DNA from: Diplonema japonicum
Taxonomy: Eukaryota > Protista > Euglenozoa: Diplonemea
NCBI GenBank assembly: GCA_964019335.1
Contig: OZ025724.1
Coordinates: forward strand, 248,001 to 312,000
DNA: 64,000 nucleotides
Reading direction: 5' to 3'
The position numbers and the translations under genes were made by a program. The notes under the pieces were generated by a model. That model worked only from the letters and a program-made list of their open reading frames with translations. It did not search any database and had not been told where the DNA came from. Shown piece by piece: positions 11,263 to 21,989 of this stretch (its first letter is position 1; every line of letters begins with the position of its first letter).

Positions 11263-13428
11263 TTATGCAGGACTGTGCTGGGTTGTTTTTTGTGATATTC
11301 CCGTTGCAGTAGTGGCACACCCCCTTCCAGTATGGTATGTCCCGTTGTAGACGTGGCATATGCCTTTGCCCAGGCAGTCGTTGATGTCGGTGCCCTCATC
11401 TAGGTCGATGTCGGTGTCATCGTCAGTCGGGGGGGGACCCAAGTCATCCTCCGTCTCCATGTCGTCGTTTTCTCCCTCCTCGGTTAGCGAACGGGGCTGG
11501 TCCTTGTCCAGTCTCGAGATCGTCGCCTCCGTGAGGGCTTTTATCTGCTCGGTGAGAGCTGCCATCTGGGCGCGCATCTGCTGGACCTCCCCTCGCAGCT
11601 GCGCGTTCTCTCTCCGCAGTTCGATCACTTCCGCAGATGGCTCGTCGTCTCTGCTCGGTTCCCCCGCCAGCTTGCGGATCGCATTTTCGATTGCTGTGAG
11701 GCGGTCTTCCACTCCCGGGGTACCTGATTTTCCCGTCGCTGTGGGCGCCTTCCCGGACTTCAGAGGGGCAGTCTTTTTCGGGGGAGCGGTCTTCTTCCCT
11801 GTAGCAGGTGGTTTGTGGCCGGGCTGGGTGGACCCCGTCACTGCGCCTAGGTAGGATTTGCCTGTGGCTGTGGTCCCTGTCTTCGGTCTTCCCCAGGACT
11901 GTGCAGTCGGTGTCTTTTTAGTGGGCGGGCCCCCCATGTCGGGTGCTATCCTGCAGTGGAGGATCAGCCCTGTCGGGGATGTGATTCTCAGCGTCGTGGT
12001 AGGGGGTTTGCCTCCCCGAATGTACCAGCACCTCCCGTCGTTGCTCCAGCCGCCGTGTAGAGGAACGGCATCCCATTTCATGGTCCGGAGTATCAGTTCC
12101 ACGTGCTCCACACCGCACTGTCCGTACAGGCCCGTCAGACGCCACCTCGGCTCCCCATGTTGTCCGCGCTGTCGTTCATCCTCGCCCAACACCTTGTCAA
12201 GGAGCGCGGTCTTCTCCCCCTCCGACGTCCTCACACCGAGGCGGCAGTCCGACTCACGAATCGCTAACCCCTGCTTTTCCGCTTCTGCCAATTCGAGCGC
12301 TTCCTTTAAAGTGGTTTCCTTCGGGAGCCAAGCGACGGGGGATCTCGGCACATCCTTCGGTCTAACGAAGATCCCTCCCCTTCCGGACGTGTTCACGAAT
12401 CTGTCGAGGCTGCTTTTCGGGACCGTCACCAGTACGTCTACCCTCGGGGTCGGACCCTCCACGATCTTGTCGATCCTGTGGATTGTCTTGCAGTTCAAGT
12501 CCCGGAGGAGCTTTCGGGGTTGGGAGGTTATATTCTCCCACGTCTGGGCCGAGGCGTGCGCTTTCGAGAAGATAATCGCGACCCGCGCGAATCTTGCCCC
12601 CAGGTTGATGTCCACTGTGTCACTTGATGTGCGCATGGCAATCCTCCCGCTCACTGCCAGTAGGAACATCTTCCTGTTCGTGAACTCTCCTTCCGCCTTG
12701 AGTACAACGTCGTACTCATCCCGTCCTGTGCCGCGGCGCTTCAGGATGAGCGCTTTGTTCCCGTCCCATGCCATCTTCTCGGCCTCCTTCACGTTCTCCT
12801 CGGTTGCGATGGCAACGCCGTCCTTTCCCGCCACCAGCTCATCCCACGTCACGAAGGGCTGGTCAAACTGCCCTTGCTCCAGGGACCAGCGTTTCGCTGC
12901 CTGCGGTTGTTTCTGCGGCGGTTTGCTGCTCGGCCCTCTCCAGGCTCTCGCCTCGCCGTCTGAGGTCGGGATGCCTACCCGTGGCAGCTTGAACTCCTGC
13001 ACTACTTTCTTCAGAACGTTCACGTTGAACGGTTCTGACGCGTTGAGGTAAGCCCGGCCGTCGAAGGCGACGTGGATGGGCAGCTTTTTGGACTCTCCCG
13101 AGATAGGGGAGACTGTGAGGGCGCCGTTTTCGACTGCCATTAAGCGGATGTCGATCTTCCATGCGCGGGCGGTGGCCTGGATGGTGACCAGGTCGGCGGC
13201 GGTGCCTTCCTTCGCGTGCTGGGTGCAGTAGGCATCGTAGTCCCCGGTGACGTTCACCCGGTATTCTTCGCTCCCTCGCAACTCCTGTACCATGCGGCGT
13301 CTAATGTCGCTCCCCTTCTTCCCCGTCTTCTCCCCGACCACTCCGTAGAAGGACTTCCCGTTCCCGTTCCCGTACGCCCTCCTGTGCGCCGTCATCCTGA
13401 AGCCCTTCATTGCTTTAAAGATGTCCAT
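11263..13428 (-). CDS. ORF1 of element A: degenerate OTU-like domain, central domain, coiled coil, acidic tail
   Basis: GNGKSFYGVV...IRRRMVQEL...EGTAADLVTIQATA...IHVAFDGRAY aligns by eye with the OTU of ORF1 at 34441-36843, but the catalytic Cys and His positions read Ser and Ala. SGRGGIFVRP...WLP...AL is shared with that ORF1. Confidence 0.75.
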   Translation of the reverse strand: MDIFKAMKGFRMTAHRRAYGNGNGKSFYGVVGEKTGKKGSDIRRRMVQELRGSEEYRVNVTGDYDAYCTQHAKEGTAADLVTIQATARAWKIDIRLMAVENGALTVSPISGESKKLPIHVAFDGRAYLNASEPFNVNVLKKVVQEFKLPRVGIPTSDGEARAWRGPSSKPPQKQPQAAKRWSLEQGQFDQPFVTWDELVAGKDGVAIATEENVKEAEKMAWDGNKALILKRRGTGRDEYDVVLKAEGEFTNRKMFLLAVSGRIAMRTSSDTVDINLGARFARVAIIFSKAHASAQTWENITSQPRKLLRDLNCKTIHRIDKIVEGPTPRVDVLVTVPKSSLDRFVNTSGRGGIFVRPKDVPRSPVAWLPKETTLKEALELAEAEKQGLAIRESDCRLGVRTSEGEKTALLDKVLGEDERQRGQHGEPRWRLTGLYGQCGVEHVELILRTMKWDAVPLHGGWSNDGRCWYIRGGKPPTTTLRITSPTGLILHCRIAPDMGGPPTKKTPTAQSWGRPKTGTTATGKSYLGAVTGSTQPGHKPPATGKKTAPPKKTAPLKSGKAPTATGKSGTPGVEDRLTAIENAIRKLAGEPSRDDEPSAEVIELRRENAQLRGEVQQMRAQMAALTEQIKALTEATISRLDKDQPRSLTEEGENDDMETEDDLGPPPTDDDTDIDLDEGTDINDCLGKGICHVYNGTYHTGRGCATTATGISQKTTQHSPA

Positions 13429-13537
13429 GGCTGATGCGTCTGGATCGCTGATGTTGATGTTTACGATGCAGATACTGATGTGATGCTTGCGTTCTCCTCT
13501 CCTTTCTTTTCCTTCACTCCTTTGCACTAATCCCGAA

Positions 13538-13660
13538 ACTTTTACACTTCTTAAACCTATGCACTTCCGTTAAACCTTACACTTCCGTTGAACTCCGTTA
13601 ACTTTTATACTTCCTTCAAACCTTTACACTTCTTTTAAACGTCTACACTTCCGTTGAACC
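13538..13660 (-). repeat. About six degenerate ~20-nt tandem repeats in the 5' UTR of element A
   Basis: Plus-strand unit resembling TTTACACTTCCGTTRAACC, repeated. Confidence 0.75.
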
Positions 13661-13744
13661 TTGATGTCGCGTTCTTTACTTCCAATATTTGTATTTTCTT
13701 TTCAAACCGTTACTGAGTGAAACTTTATTGGCACGGTCGGACAC

Positions 13745-13782
13745 CAATAAAGTACAGAAACTGTAGCTTTAGAATCGTTGGT
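13745..13782 (-). other. Genomic copy of the diplonemid-type spliced-leader exon (38 nt)
   Basis: Minus strand ACCAACGATTCTAAAGCTACAGTTTCTGTACTTTATTG; ends in the conserved euglenozoan SL core CAGTTTCTGTACTTTATTG and resembles the Diplonema SL as I recall it. Confidence 0.9.
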
Positions 13783-14129
13783 GGAAAAAAAAAAAAAAAA
13801 AAACAGGTAACAAACTAAGAGATCTTCCCCCACACACACATCAATGCCAGGTGGTTAGCAATAGCCCAGTACCCTATAAAGAGGCACGACAAAAAAAATC
13901 ATCATTTGGGCATGCAGGTTTTTTTTTTTTTTTTTTTTTTTTTTCTTTTTCCCTCCCCATATTTTTTAGGGGGGAAAAGGACGGCCTCTGACATCAGAAA
14001 TATGAAAGGGAGAGGAAGCAGGAAGGGGGGGGGGGGGGGGGGGAGAGCGAAAAAAAAGAAAAAAAGAGAGAGATGAGATAAAGGAGGTTCCTATTTTGGA
14101 ACGTCCTCTATTTCTTTCATTTCCGTGGA

Positions 14130-14285
14130 AACTCCGTGCCTTTTCTGTATCATGGCCAGGTCACCCCTCTTCCCTGTGATCGGCTCGACAGTTAAGGTGT
14201 CCTCGAGGTCTAGTACGAGTTCCATTGTGGTCGGTCCGCCGTGCCACTTCAGCTTTCTGAGCTACTTGATGATGTCTTCCCCCCC
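14130..14285 (-). mobile_element. Decayed relic of the LINE ORF2 C-terminal domain
   Basis: Hand translation DIIK*LRKLKWHGGPTTMELVLDLE...GKRGDLAMIQK matches the WLxxLxW...ELAxDFE...GKLGDLA motif of the other copies. Confidence 0.65.
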
Positions 14286-14542
14286 AAAGAAAATGCAGAG
14301 AGTGTTGGGTTGATTGACACACCCAAAACATAGAAAAAGAGAGGGAGGAAAAAAAAAAAGAGAAAAAAAAGTTCTAGGCTCCAGCTTGCCCTAGTCCCCC
14401 TGGTTAGGAGTTCTCAGTTTCAAGAAATCTGATTTTTTTTTTTTTTTTTTTTTTATTTCTTTATTTACATGGTCAATTGTTCTATACTTTTGCCCGGATC
14501 TTTCTTGCATGCCCAAAGGAAAAAAAAAAAAAAAAAAAAAAA

Positions 14543-14650
14543 GAGGAACTGGCCGTTGTTTGTACGTGCCGGGTAAAACCTGGAGAAGTTTGTCAACCCG
14601 AAACACGTTGCCAACGTTCCCCTTTTGTTTAGACAAGTCAAAGAATCGTT
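14543..14650. repeat. Dispersed non-coding repeat (second copy at ~49137-49315)
   Basis: GGAACTGGCCGTTRTTTGTACGTG..GGT..AAAACCTGGAGAAG...CAACCCG...TTCCCCTTTTGTTTAGACA present at both loci. Confidence 0.7.
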
Positions 14651-14959
14651 CTTGCAAAAAAGAAAAACGAAAATCACGGCGCAAAAAAAAAAAAGAAGAA
14701 ACCGGCCATAAAACGTTGTAGAAATCTCTTTTTTTTTTTTTTTAATTTCCTTAAAAATATAGTATGCCTACTAAAAAAAATATAGATAGAAATAGGGGAA
14801 AAAAAAATGAAAAATAGGAGAAGAACAAAAAAAAAAAAAAAAAACAAACAAACAAAAGAAAAAAAAAGGAGGTGAAACAAAAAAAAAAAAATAATGATCG
14901 ATATAAAAATCGCAACACCCAGTTTTCACCAATTCTTTTTTTTTTTTTTTTTTCTTTTT

Positions 14960-16165
14960 TTATGAAGCCCGATGCTCTGAAGCAGTCATTGCATCGGACG
15001 AAGAGCACTGCACAAACGAACCACTGCTTCCCGACGACGCAATAGAGTCAACTCCCACCACGGACGCCCTAGCAGCAAGGTAAACCAAGAAGTCAGACGA
15101 GGAAGCACCCACCGTCTTACACTTAGCAAAACTTTTCCAACATTGAAATGCTGTTTGTAGCAGATTAACTCCGTCAAGGCCGGACTCAGGGGTACCAATC
15201 CAAGGGTGTTTTGACAATTCCTCGGAGGTCCATCGCTGGCTGGGCTCGCGGACAAGGCAACACCTCAAAAACGACACCACACCCGGATCCTCAATTCCCT
15301 GCGGCAACGGAACCTCATCATCATCATCAAGAATAACCCGCATAACGGTGAGGTGGTTGTTCGATACAAAATGAAACGGGTGCTCACCGGTGAGCATTTC
15401 CATAATGGTACACCCCAACGACCAAATATCAACAAGATGATCATACGGCTGCTGCGTGATTACCTCAGGAGCCATCCACAAAGGTGTCCCTTGAAGGGAT
15501 TTCCTCCTAGGGCGCAGAGCGCAGATCCTTCCAGAACATCCGAAATCAGCAAGTTTGCACTCTCCCGTTACAGTGAGAAGGATGTTAGCGCATTTCACAT
15601 CACGATGGATAACGTTATTCTGATGGAGGTAAGAAAGCCCTGATAGAATCTGCCGTGTGAAGCTTCTTGTTGTGGTGACGGAAAGTTGGCCGAATTGTTT
15701 GAGTAAACCGAGGATGGACCCCCCCGCCACATATTCCATAATTATGTTTATTTGACTTGAGACTGCCTCGGAGTAGTAATACCTGACGATATTTGAGTGG
15801 GACAGGCTTTTCATCAAGGAGATCTCGTTCTGGAGACTGGCGAGCTGTGCCGTCACCGCTCTGTCCTTTCTGTTGAACTTGATGGTTTTAATGGCTACTT
15901 GTTCGCCCGTGTCTGTGTCCAGGCCCAGCGTTACCTCACCAAAGCCTCCTTGCCCTATTACGGACCCCTTTTTGATGGAACGTTGTGTTCTGCTTTTGTT
16001 GTCCCTTTTCCTTCCGGTTTCGTCGAGGACCCTGCGGAAGAGGCGCTCCACGTCGTACTCGTCCCACTCGCGGTTCCTGTCTTGCATCACAGTTTTTAGC
16101 TTTTCGAGCTGGTCCTCTACTAGCCCTGCTGCGTACTCCAGTACTGCTTCTTGTGTAGATAACAT
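14960..16165 (-). CDS. STE11/MAP3K-like Ser/Thr protein kinase
   Basis: GQGGFG, VAIK, HRDVKCAN, DFG, GTPLWMAPE, DIWSLGCT motifs. Confidence 0.93.
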   Translation of the reverse strand: MLSTQEAVLEYAAGLVEDQLEKLKTVMQDRNREWDEYDVERLFRRVLDETGRKRDNKSRTQRSIKKGSVIGQGGFGEVTLGLDTDTGEQVAIKTIKFNRKDRAVTAQLASLQNEISLMKSLSHSNIVRYYYSEAVSSQINIIMEYVAGGSILGLLKQFGQLSVTTTRSFTRQILSGLSYLHQNNVIHRDVKCANILLTVTGECKLADFGCSGRICALRPRRKSLQGTPLWMAPEVITQQPYDHLVDIWSLGCTIMEMLTGEHPFHFVSNNHLTVMRVILDDDDEVPLPQGIEDPGVVSFLRCCLVREPSQRWTSEELSKHPWIGTPESGLDGVNLLQTAFQCWKSFAKCKTVGASSSDFLVYLAARASVVGVDSIASSGSSGSFVQCSSSDAMTASEHRAS

Positions 16166-16243
16166 TTTTTTTTTTTTTTGCTTTTTTTTTTTTTTTTAAA
16201 AGGGCGGGGGGAAGAAAAAAAGGGGGGGGAAACAGATCTACGA

Positions 16244-16276
<33 letters not shown>

Positions 16277-16377
16277 GAATTTGAGGCCAATATTTTAGGA
16301 GAGGAATATATATATTCCTATGTGTGCCCCTTCATCAGAAGACAAGAAAAAAAAAAGCAGAAAGAAAATTTTCCGAT

Positions 16378-16650
16378 TTTTTAACGTCAAGATGACACAG
16401 TCGGCTCCGTGTACCATAAATACAAGGGGTGGTGAGCTTCTGACCTATGCGGCGCCATGGGGGGCATCTTTTTCTTTTTTGCCGGCCCCTGTTTTGAAAT
16501 GTCTGTTTGTGCCTAGGTGACAGTCCTCGCCGAAAAGGTTTGCCTCTATTCTCGTCTCTCTCAGGCGAGCATCACCTTGGCACAGACTTCCCTGAAATAA
16601 CAGAAGGGGGTGTTGTTCGCACCTAGACCTGGCCAAAGGTCGTACACCCT
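16378..16650 (-). mobile_element. SINE-like element, family shared with 50097-50405
   Basis: Head GACCTTTGGCCAGGTCTAGGTGC and tail ACCCCTTGTA...TGTGTCATCTTGACGTTAAAA shared with the 50.1-50.4 kb copy. Confidence 0.6.
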
Positions 16651-17253
16651 TAAAAAACCTGAAAAAGAGAGAGAAAAATGCCTTCCTCCGTTACCCATTG
16701 TGCTGCTAAATAATGGCATTTTGTGACTAGAGAGGGGCAAACAATTTCCATTCACTCGACAGATAAAAAAAAAGTCAACCAAGAAAAAAAAAAAAAGAGT
16801 CAGTACTTGGATCTTAGACAAGTACCGTAAGGTACTGCATTGCTGCTACTACTCTTTTTCTTGTTGTTTACAAGAAACCGATCAGAGACCAACATTCTTT
16901 TTTTTATTTTTATTTTTATTTTTTTTTTTTTGAGAAACAAAGGATGTGTGATGCCAAAATGCTCTTTTGATGCTTATGGTACCCATGCACAAAAAAAAAA
17001 AAAAAAAGAACAAGGCGGTAAAGTGGGGTTTCGAATCACAGTTCTACTAAAAAAAAGTAAATCAGGGGGGGGGGGGGGGGGGGAGAGAGAGAGAGAGAGA
17101 GAGAGGGAGGAGGCTTCCCCCTCCACCTTACTTATAATTTGAAATCTATCGCAGCCCTAAATGATGAATAAGGGGAAAGAAGAAAGAATGGTCTAGGAGG
17201 ACAGCAAAATATTTGTTTTCAGCACAAAAAAAAAATATCATTTACTTACTCCG

Positions 17254-17314
<61 letters not shown>

Positions 17315-17933
17315 ATACAGCATATTCGCTTTCTAGGCGTGCTATAACATCTCAAGTAGAATAATACAGAAATCTAGAGAGACGTGGGAAGGGGGAGAGC
17401 TTAATTTTCCTGCGGGTTTCCTTGCAAGGTTCTTATTATTTTCTCATTTCTTTGGTGTATCAGCCCGCTGCATCGCAAAGGCACGTGAGTAGGAGGGGTA
17501 CTTTAAATTTGAAAGTGGGGGGGGAAAAGGAAGAATATAAGGACATAGAAACCATATATCCCACATTACTTGCGTTTGGTCAAGTACTACGGTATTTGTC
17601 GAAAAAAAAAGAAAAACAAAAACAAAGCAACGCGTGTTTCAATAGTTCATATTTTGAATTCAAAATAAAAAGATTATTGACGAAATACTGTATTTTCTCG
17701 GCCATTTATCTGACACACACGTCAAGGTGTGTGCTTAAAAAAAAGAAAAAGGTTTTTTTTTTTTTTTATTTGAGTTAAAAAAAAGGAGATTGTTGTGCGA
17801 TTATCTCCTCCTAAAAAAAGAAGAAGAAGAAAAAAAAAAAAACAGAATATGCCCTGCTTATGTTGGCTCTCTTGAATAACGTTAAGTTCAGTGAAAACAG
17901 AATTGTCAACACGTTGTCAACGATCCCGAGTTT

Positions 17934-17967
<34 letters not shown>

Positions 17968-18195
17968 CAGGAAAAAGAAACATACACGGGACAAATTCAC
18001 GCCAACTCGGCACTGTGCGCAGAAACAGAATGCAAAATTTCGTAGTCTTCTTTTTTTTTTTTTTTTTTTTCTCTTTTTTTTTTTTTTTTTCAAGGTTTTT
18101 GTTTTCTTGTTCCAGCAAGAGCGGTATTTTACCTAAGTAAAATGGCTCATAAAGCTGCCATCAACTATACCTCGACATTTTTTTTTTTTTTTCAA

Positions 18196-19713
18196 TCATA
18201 TCAGTTCGCATTCCTCCTCATCCTCGCGTGGGTGCAACCTCTTCCCTTCCTCGCCCCACACCCACATGAAATCGGGAACCTTCGACCCGCAGAATCTGTT
18301 TTGTCTCAATACACTGTTCCAAGGCAGCACGTCCGCCCGGTTCCTCCGAACCCACGTTAAAAAGGCGAACATCGATAAGAGAAGGAACAACGGGTACGTC
18401 GCAGAGACACCCCAGTGAGACAGCGACAAGGCGATGGTGAGCCCTGGGAATACATGAAACGCGAAAAATACGTAGAAAACGGGAAAACAACAGCAATCAT
18501 GCGCCAGCGACCCCATCAGCTTCGCGAGGGAAGCAGGAAACGGCCGCAGAGGACGAATCACAAACCACACAACCGTCCCGAAAATATTCAAAAAAACATG
18601 CACAAAAGCAACGGTCAACCCAACACCCGGATCGCCACATGTCGAGGCAAACACAACACTCGATAAAGTAGTACCAATGTTGGCACCATGAGTCAAGACA
18701 ACTAGCCTGTCTAACCGTAAAGCACCAATACCAGCCAGCGGTACCAGTACAGATGTTACTATGGAACTCGAGCTCACAGAAGCAGTGCAACCCGCACCGA
18801 TGACCATCAAAACGAAATTATCGCAAGGAAACGTTTTGTTCAAAGCCCGTCTTGCCACTACCACCACAGTACCCTGCATAACTGATTCCAACAGCCTTAC
18901 CAACAACAACAAGCACACTGTCAACAACGACAGTGCAACGACAAGCAACGTGACACCAGAACCGTCGGATGTCTTGTCATAGTTGACGAACCCGTTTAGC
19001 CGCGGCGACACGGTTGGTTTTAAATCCAACATTTCCACAGCAAATGATGAAAGCCTCTGCAGTGCCCCTGTGGCCGCCTCAACAGGGAGGAACACCCCAA
19101 CCGTGAACCAGTTGAAAATGTCATGAAACACAGCACCAGTAAAGGCTCGCTTAAACCTTGTTTGGTTGTTAATATGCGCCATTGAAACTATCGTGCTTGT
19201 AACAGATGTTCCAATGTTTGCACCCATTACTAGATATGTGCATTCTTCCAAGGTGAGGGTTTCTGTGGCTGCCATGGTAATGATGATGGACATTGAGGTG
19301 GAGGAGGATTGGAGAAGAACAGTAGCGAGGATGCCGAAGGCAAGGCCGACCATAGGGTTGGACAGGTGTTCGCACTCACGGAAGAATCGCCCGCTTGCCT
19401 TCCCGCCTAGTTTTATGAAGGCCTCCCCCATCATGTCGAGGGAGAAGACGAACATGTACAGGACGCCAATGATGCTGCAGAGCTTCAGGGCGATGACGGC
19501 CGTTTCTACCCAGGGTCGTTGCGGTTCGTCTTCTTCCTCTTCTTCTTCATCTTCTGCCTCGAAAGGAGTCATGGTGGTCGCCAGCCTTTCAAACGCTTTT
19601 TCACAATCCGTCGGCCCCCTCCGTGCCATGATGTCCCTTCCCATGGGGCAGTCCTGGAACTCACTGTATGTCAACAGGACTGATTTGTAGACTCGTGTTT
19701 CGGTGTCTGACAT
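18196..19713 (-). CDS. Sodium-dependent phosphate cotransporter (SLC34/NptA family)
   Basis: Two inverted-repeat signatures (LLQSSSTS...MGANIGTSVT and SSSSIVTS...HGANIGTT); many TM helices. Confidence 0.92.
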   Translation of the reverse strand: MSDTETRVYKSVLLTYSEFQDCPMGRDIMARRGPTDCEKAFERLATTMTPFEAEDEEEEEEDEPQRPWVETAVIALKLCSIIGVLYMFVFSLDMMGEAFIKLGGKASGRFFRECEHLSNPMVGLAFGILATVLLQSSSTSMSIIITMAATETLTLEECTYLVMGANIGTSVTSTIVSMAHINNQTRFKRAFTGAVFHDIFNWFTVGVFLPVEAATGALQRLSSFAVEMLDLKPTVSPRLNGFVNYDKTSDGSGVTLLVVALSLLTVCLLLLVRLLESVMQGTVVVVARRALNKTFPCDNFVLMVIGAGCTASVSSSSIVTSVLVPLAGIGALRLDRLVVLTHGANIGTTLSSVVFASTCGDPGVGLTVAFVHVFLNIFGTVVWFVIRPLRPFPASLAKLMGSLAHDCCCFPVFYVFFAFHVFPGLTIALSLSHWGVSATYPLFLLLSMFAFLTWVRRNRADVLPWNSVLRQNRFCGSKVPDFMWVWGEEGKRLHPREDEEECELI

Positions 19714-19795
19714 TTTTTCCTTTTTTTTTTTTTTTATAACTGAGATGTTTTTTTTTCATTTTTTTTTTTCTTTTCTTCAAAAGAAAAAAAAAAAA

Positions 19796-21182
19796 CTCGA
19801 TCTATTTTTGCGGTGCGCTGGTTGGTGCCCACCGTGGACGGGGGATCCTACACGTGCCTGTCACCATTCTGCGGTTGCATCCTGTTGCCGGCCGTCGGGG
19901 TTTGCCTGTCCGTCATGGACGGCATCTGCGCTAAGAACATCGGTCGCAGTCCCTCCAAATAGGGGGCTGTTTGGGTTGACGAGAACAAGGGTCTCTTGTC
20001 GTAGCCATGCATCGCTGGTGCGCCCAGGTTTCTCAGGGAGTGTACTCTGGTCATCCTTCTTGCCGGGAAGCCGCTTTTGTTGCCCTTTGCCGCACATGCT
20101 TGCACTCTATTGAGGATGTACCGCAGACGTGCGGCTTTTCTCTCCAACAGACTGCTCTCCCCATGTTCCCCGTATAAGGATATACCGGTCGTCATCTCAA
20201 AATCAATTGCCAGCTCCATCGTGGTGATTGACGTCTTCTTCGATCCTAGGTACCACCTCAGACCTTGCAGCCAGGGTAGCACATGTTTCAACTGCTTTTT
20301 CAGTATCTCACCCGTTGCTCCGTGCGCAACAAGCATCTCCTCCGTCGGTACCGGGCATCTTGTTCCGGTCGTCGTCTCTTTCCAAGGATATGGTCTTATA
20401 ACATGCACCGTCCTCTCCGCTGCTCTACTGTCACGCAACGCCACCACTCGCACCAGGTAGCTCTGCACCAGTCGCGCTTGTTTCTGCACTTCCGCTCCCG
20501 TTCCTCTCACCACTACACCGTGTAGCGCCGTTGCTTTCGGCAGCCCTTCTCTTTTGATCTCCGCGTACACACTTTCCTGCTGCGCTTGTCTCGCAGGGGC
20601 ACACTCCCACAGCGCGTGCTCTGTGATCTGCCCCGTCGTCTCCGCCTGGTGGTCGCAGACATCACATGTGAGCTTGTCTGCCACATCAAGCTTCTTGCTC
20701 CATACTTTTGGGTGTACCGTGAAGATCGCTCCACAGATGACCCTCCTCGTTCTGAAAGCACTTAGCGGGTGTCTGGCCAGTGTTTTTCTCCACATGCTGT
20801 TCGTAAGAGGATGTGCCCCCTTCTCTGCGCCCTCAAACGTTGGTCGACAGCTTACGAGTTGTTTCATGATAGCAGGTCTCAGCACCTCCCTCACCTGGTG
20901 CTTCCTCTCGTGCGCCGACTTCTCGTACAGCCCCTCCATGAACTGCCACTTCTTCTCTACTAGCGGTAGCCACCTGCGTACGGCCGTTCCCACTGGCCCC
21001 ACTGCTGGTAGCTCCGTATCTTCATATATCTGAGCTATCTTCTTGATTCGGCTCCATAGCTCCTCCGACCCTCTCCCCTCTCTCACGATGCAGTTGATCG
21101 CGGTGTAGCAAACTTTCGCTTCAGGTAGGGCTGTGTGGCCAGGTAGCGCTACGCTGAGTAGGGCAATCGGGTTCCTCATCGT
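19796..21182 (-). mobile_element. 5'-truncated non-LTR retrotransposon B (ORF2 C-terminal ~445 aa plus 3' hairpin)
   Basis: ORF 19848-21233 is collinear with the C-terminus of 30315-34253 (CDVCDH...TEHALWEC...RPLFSSTQTAPYL...QNGDR). Confidence 0.9.
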
Positions 21183-21189
21183 AAAAAAT

Positions 21190-21925
21190 ATATGAGTTAA
21201 AGAAGTCTTTGTGAGACGCCCCCTTGTTCTCATCCTCTACCTGCACCTATCCCCTTTCAGCAGCGGTTTCTCCTCCTTTGGTGGTCTTGCCGGCCTTCTC
21301 CCCAGCCTGGCCGCTCTTTCTCTTCGTTCTCTTGCCCATTGTCCTTTCAACGCCTCTAGGTCATGCTTGGTCTTCGGTGATGCAAATATCGCCCTCCTGT
21401 TCCATCCGATCACCGCCTTTGTCCTCCCGATGGATCGTAGTGTGTGCACCCTTGTGCACGGCTCAGCTGGGAAGGCCCTCCTTCCTTTCACCTTCTTCAG
21501 TACCCTTCCTAGCTCCCATGTGTGCCAGATCTTCTTCATCAATCCATGCAATCTCCTCGCTTTCTGCTGTACTTCTGCGAGATCCCCCAGCTTCCCTCCA
21601 AGGGTCTTCCCGGTCACGTTCTCGAAATCCAGTGCCAGCTCCACCGTCGAGACTGCGTGTACTCCCGTAGGACATCCCCTGCCGGTAGCTTGCAGAAGTC
21701 CTTGTCCGATGGTACTGGGTGTTCTTGTCCTTGCGTGATCTCCAGCCACTGGTGTGTGTGGTACACCTCTTGCCTCTTCGCTTGCAGGGCTGCGTCCCGC
21801 TCCCCCACCACCGCCAGCAGGTACCTCTGCGTTCCTTCGAGCCTTTCCCTGACATCCTTCCCTGCTCCCCTTGGCAGGATGGGGAGGGGACCCAGGGCCA
21901 CCACGTGGAGGTTCCCCAGCCATCT
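21190..21925 (-). mobile_element. 5'-truncated, frameshifted non-LTR retrotransposon C fragment
   Basis: LQRYLLAVVGERD (21614-22009 frame) and VSTVELALDFE...AFPAEPCTRVHTLRSIG (21237-21923 frame); 3' hairpin ATGAG...CTCAT followed by a short T-run. Confidence 0.82.
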
Positions 21926-21989
21926 TTGATTGCGATTATTTTGATTAATTCCAACCCAAATTACCAGCCCCTGAAAAAAAAAAAAAAAA

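Larger units (their letters stand above)
8160..13782 (-). mobile_element. APE-type non-LTR retrotransposon A: both ends present, ORF2 frameshifted, RT core internally deleted
   Basis: SL exon, 5' UTR repeats, ORF1, APE motifs (CIQET, LVNVY, MGDFN, RVDRVL, SDH) and RT N-terminal motifs (GVDGW, LIPKG, HRPITVTS, QHGFRP). It then jumps near 9100 straight to the CDLC...H...C knuckle with no QG/YADD. Flanked on both sides by sense-strand T-runs. Confidence 0.9.
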
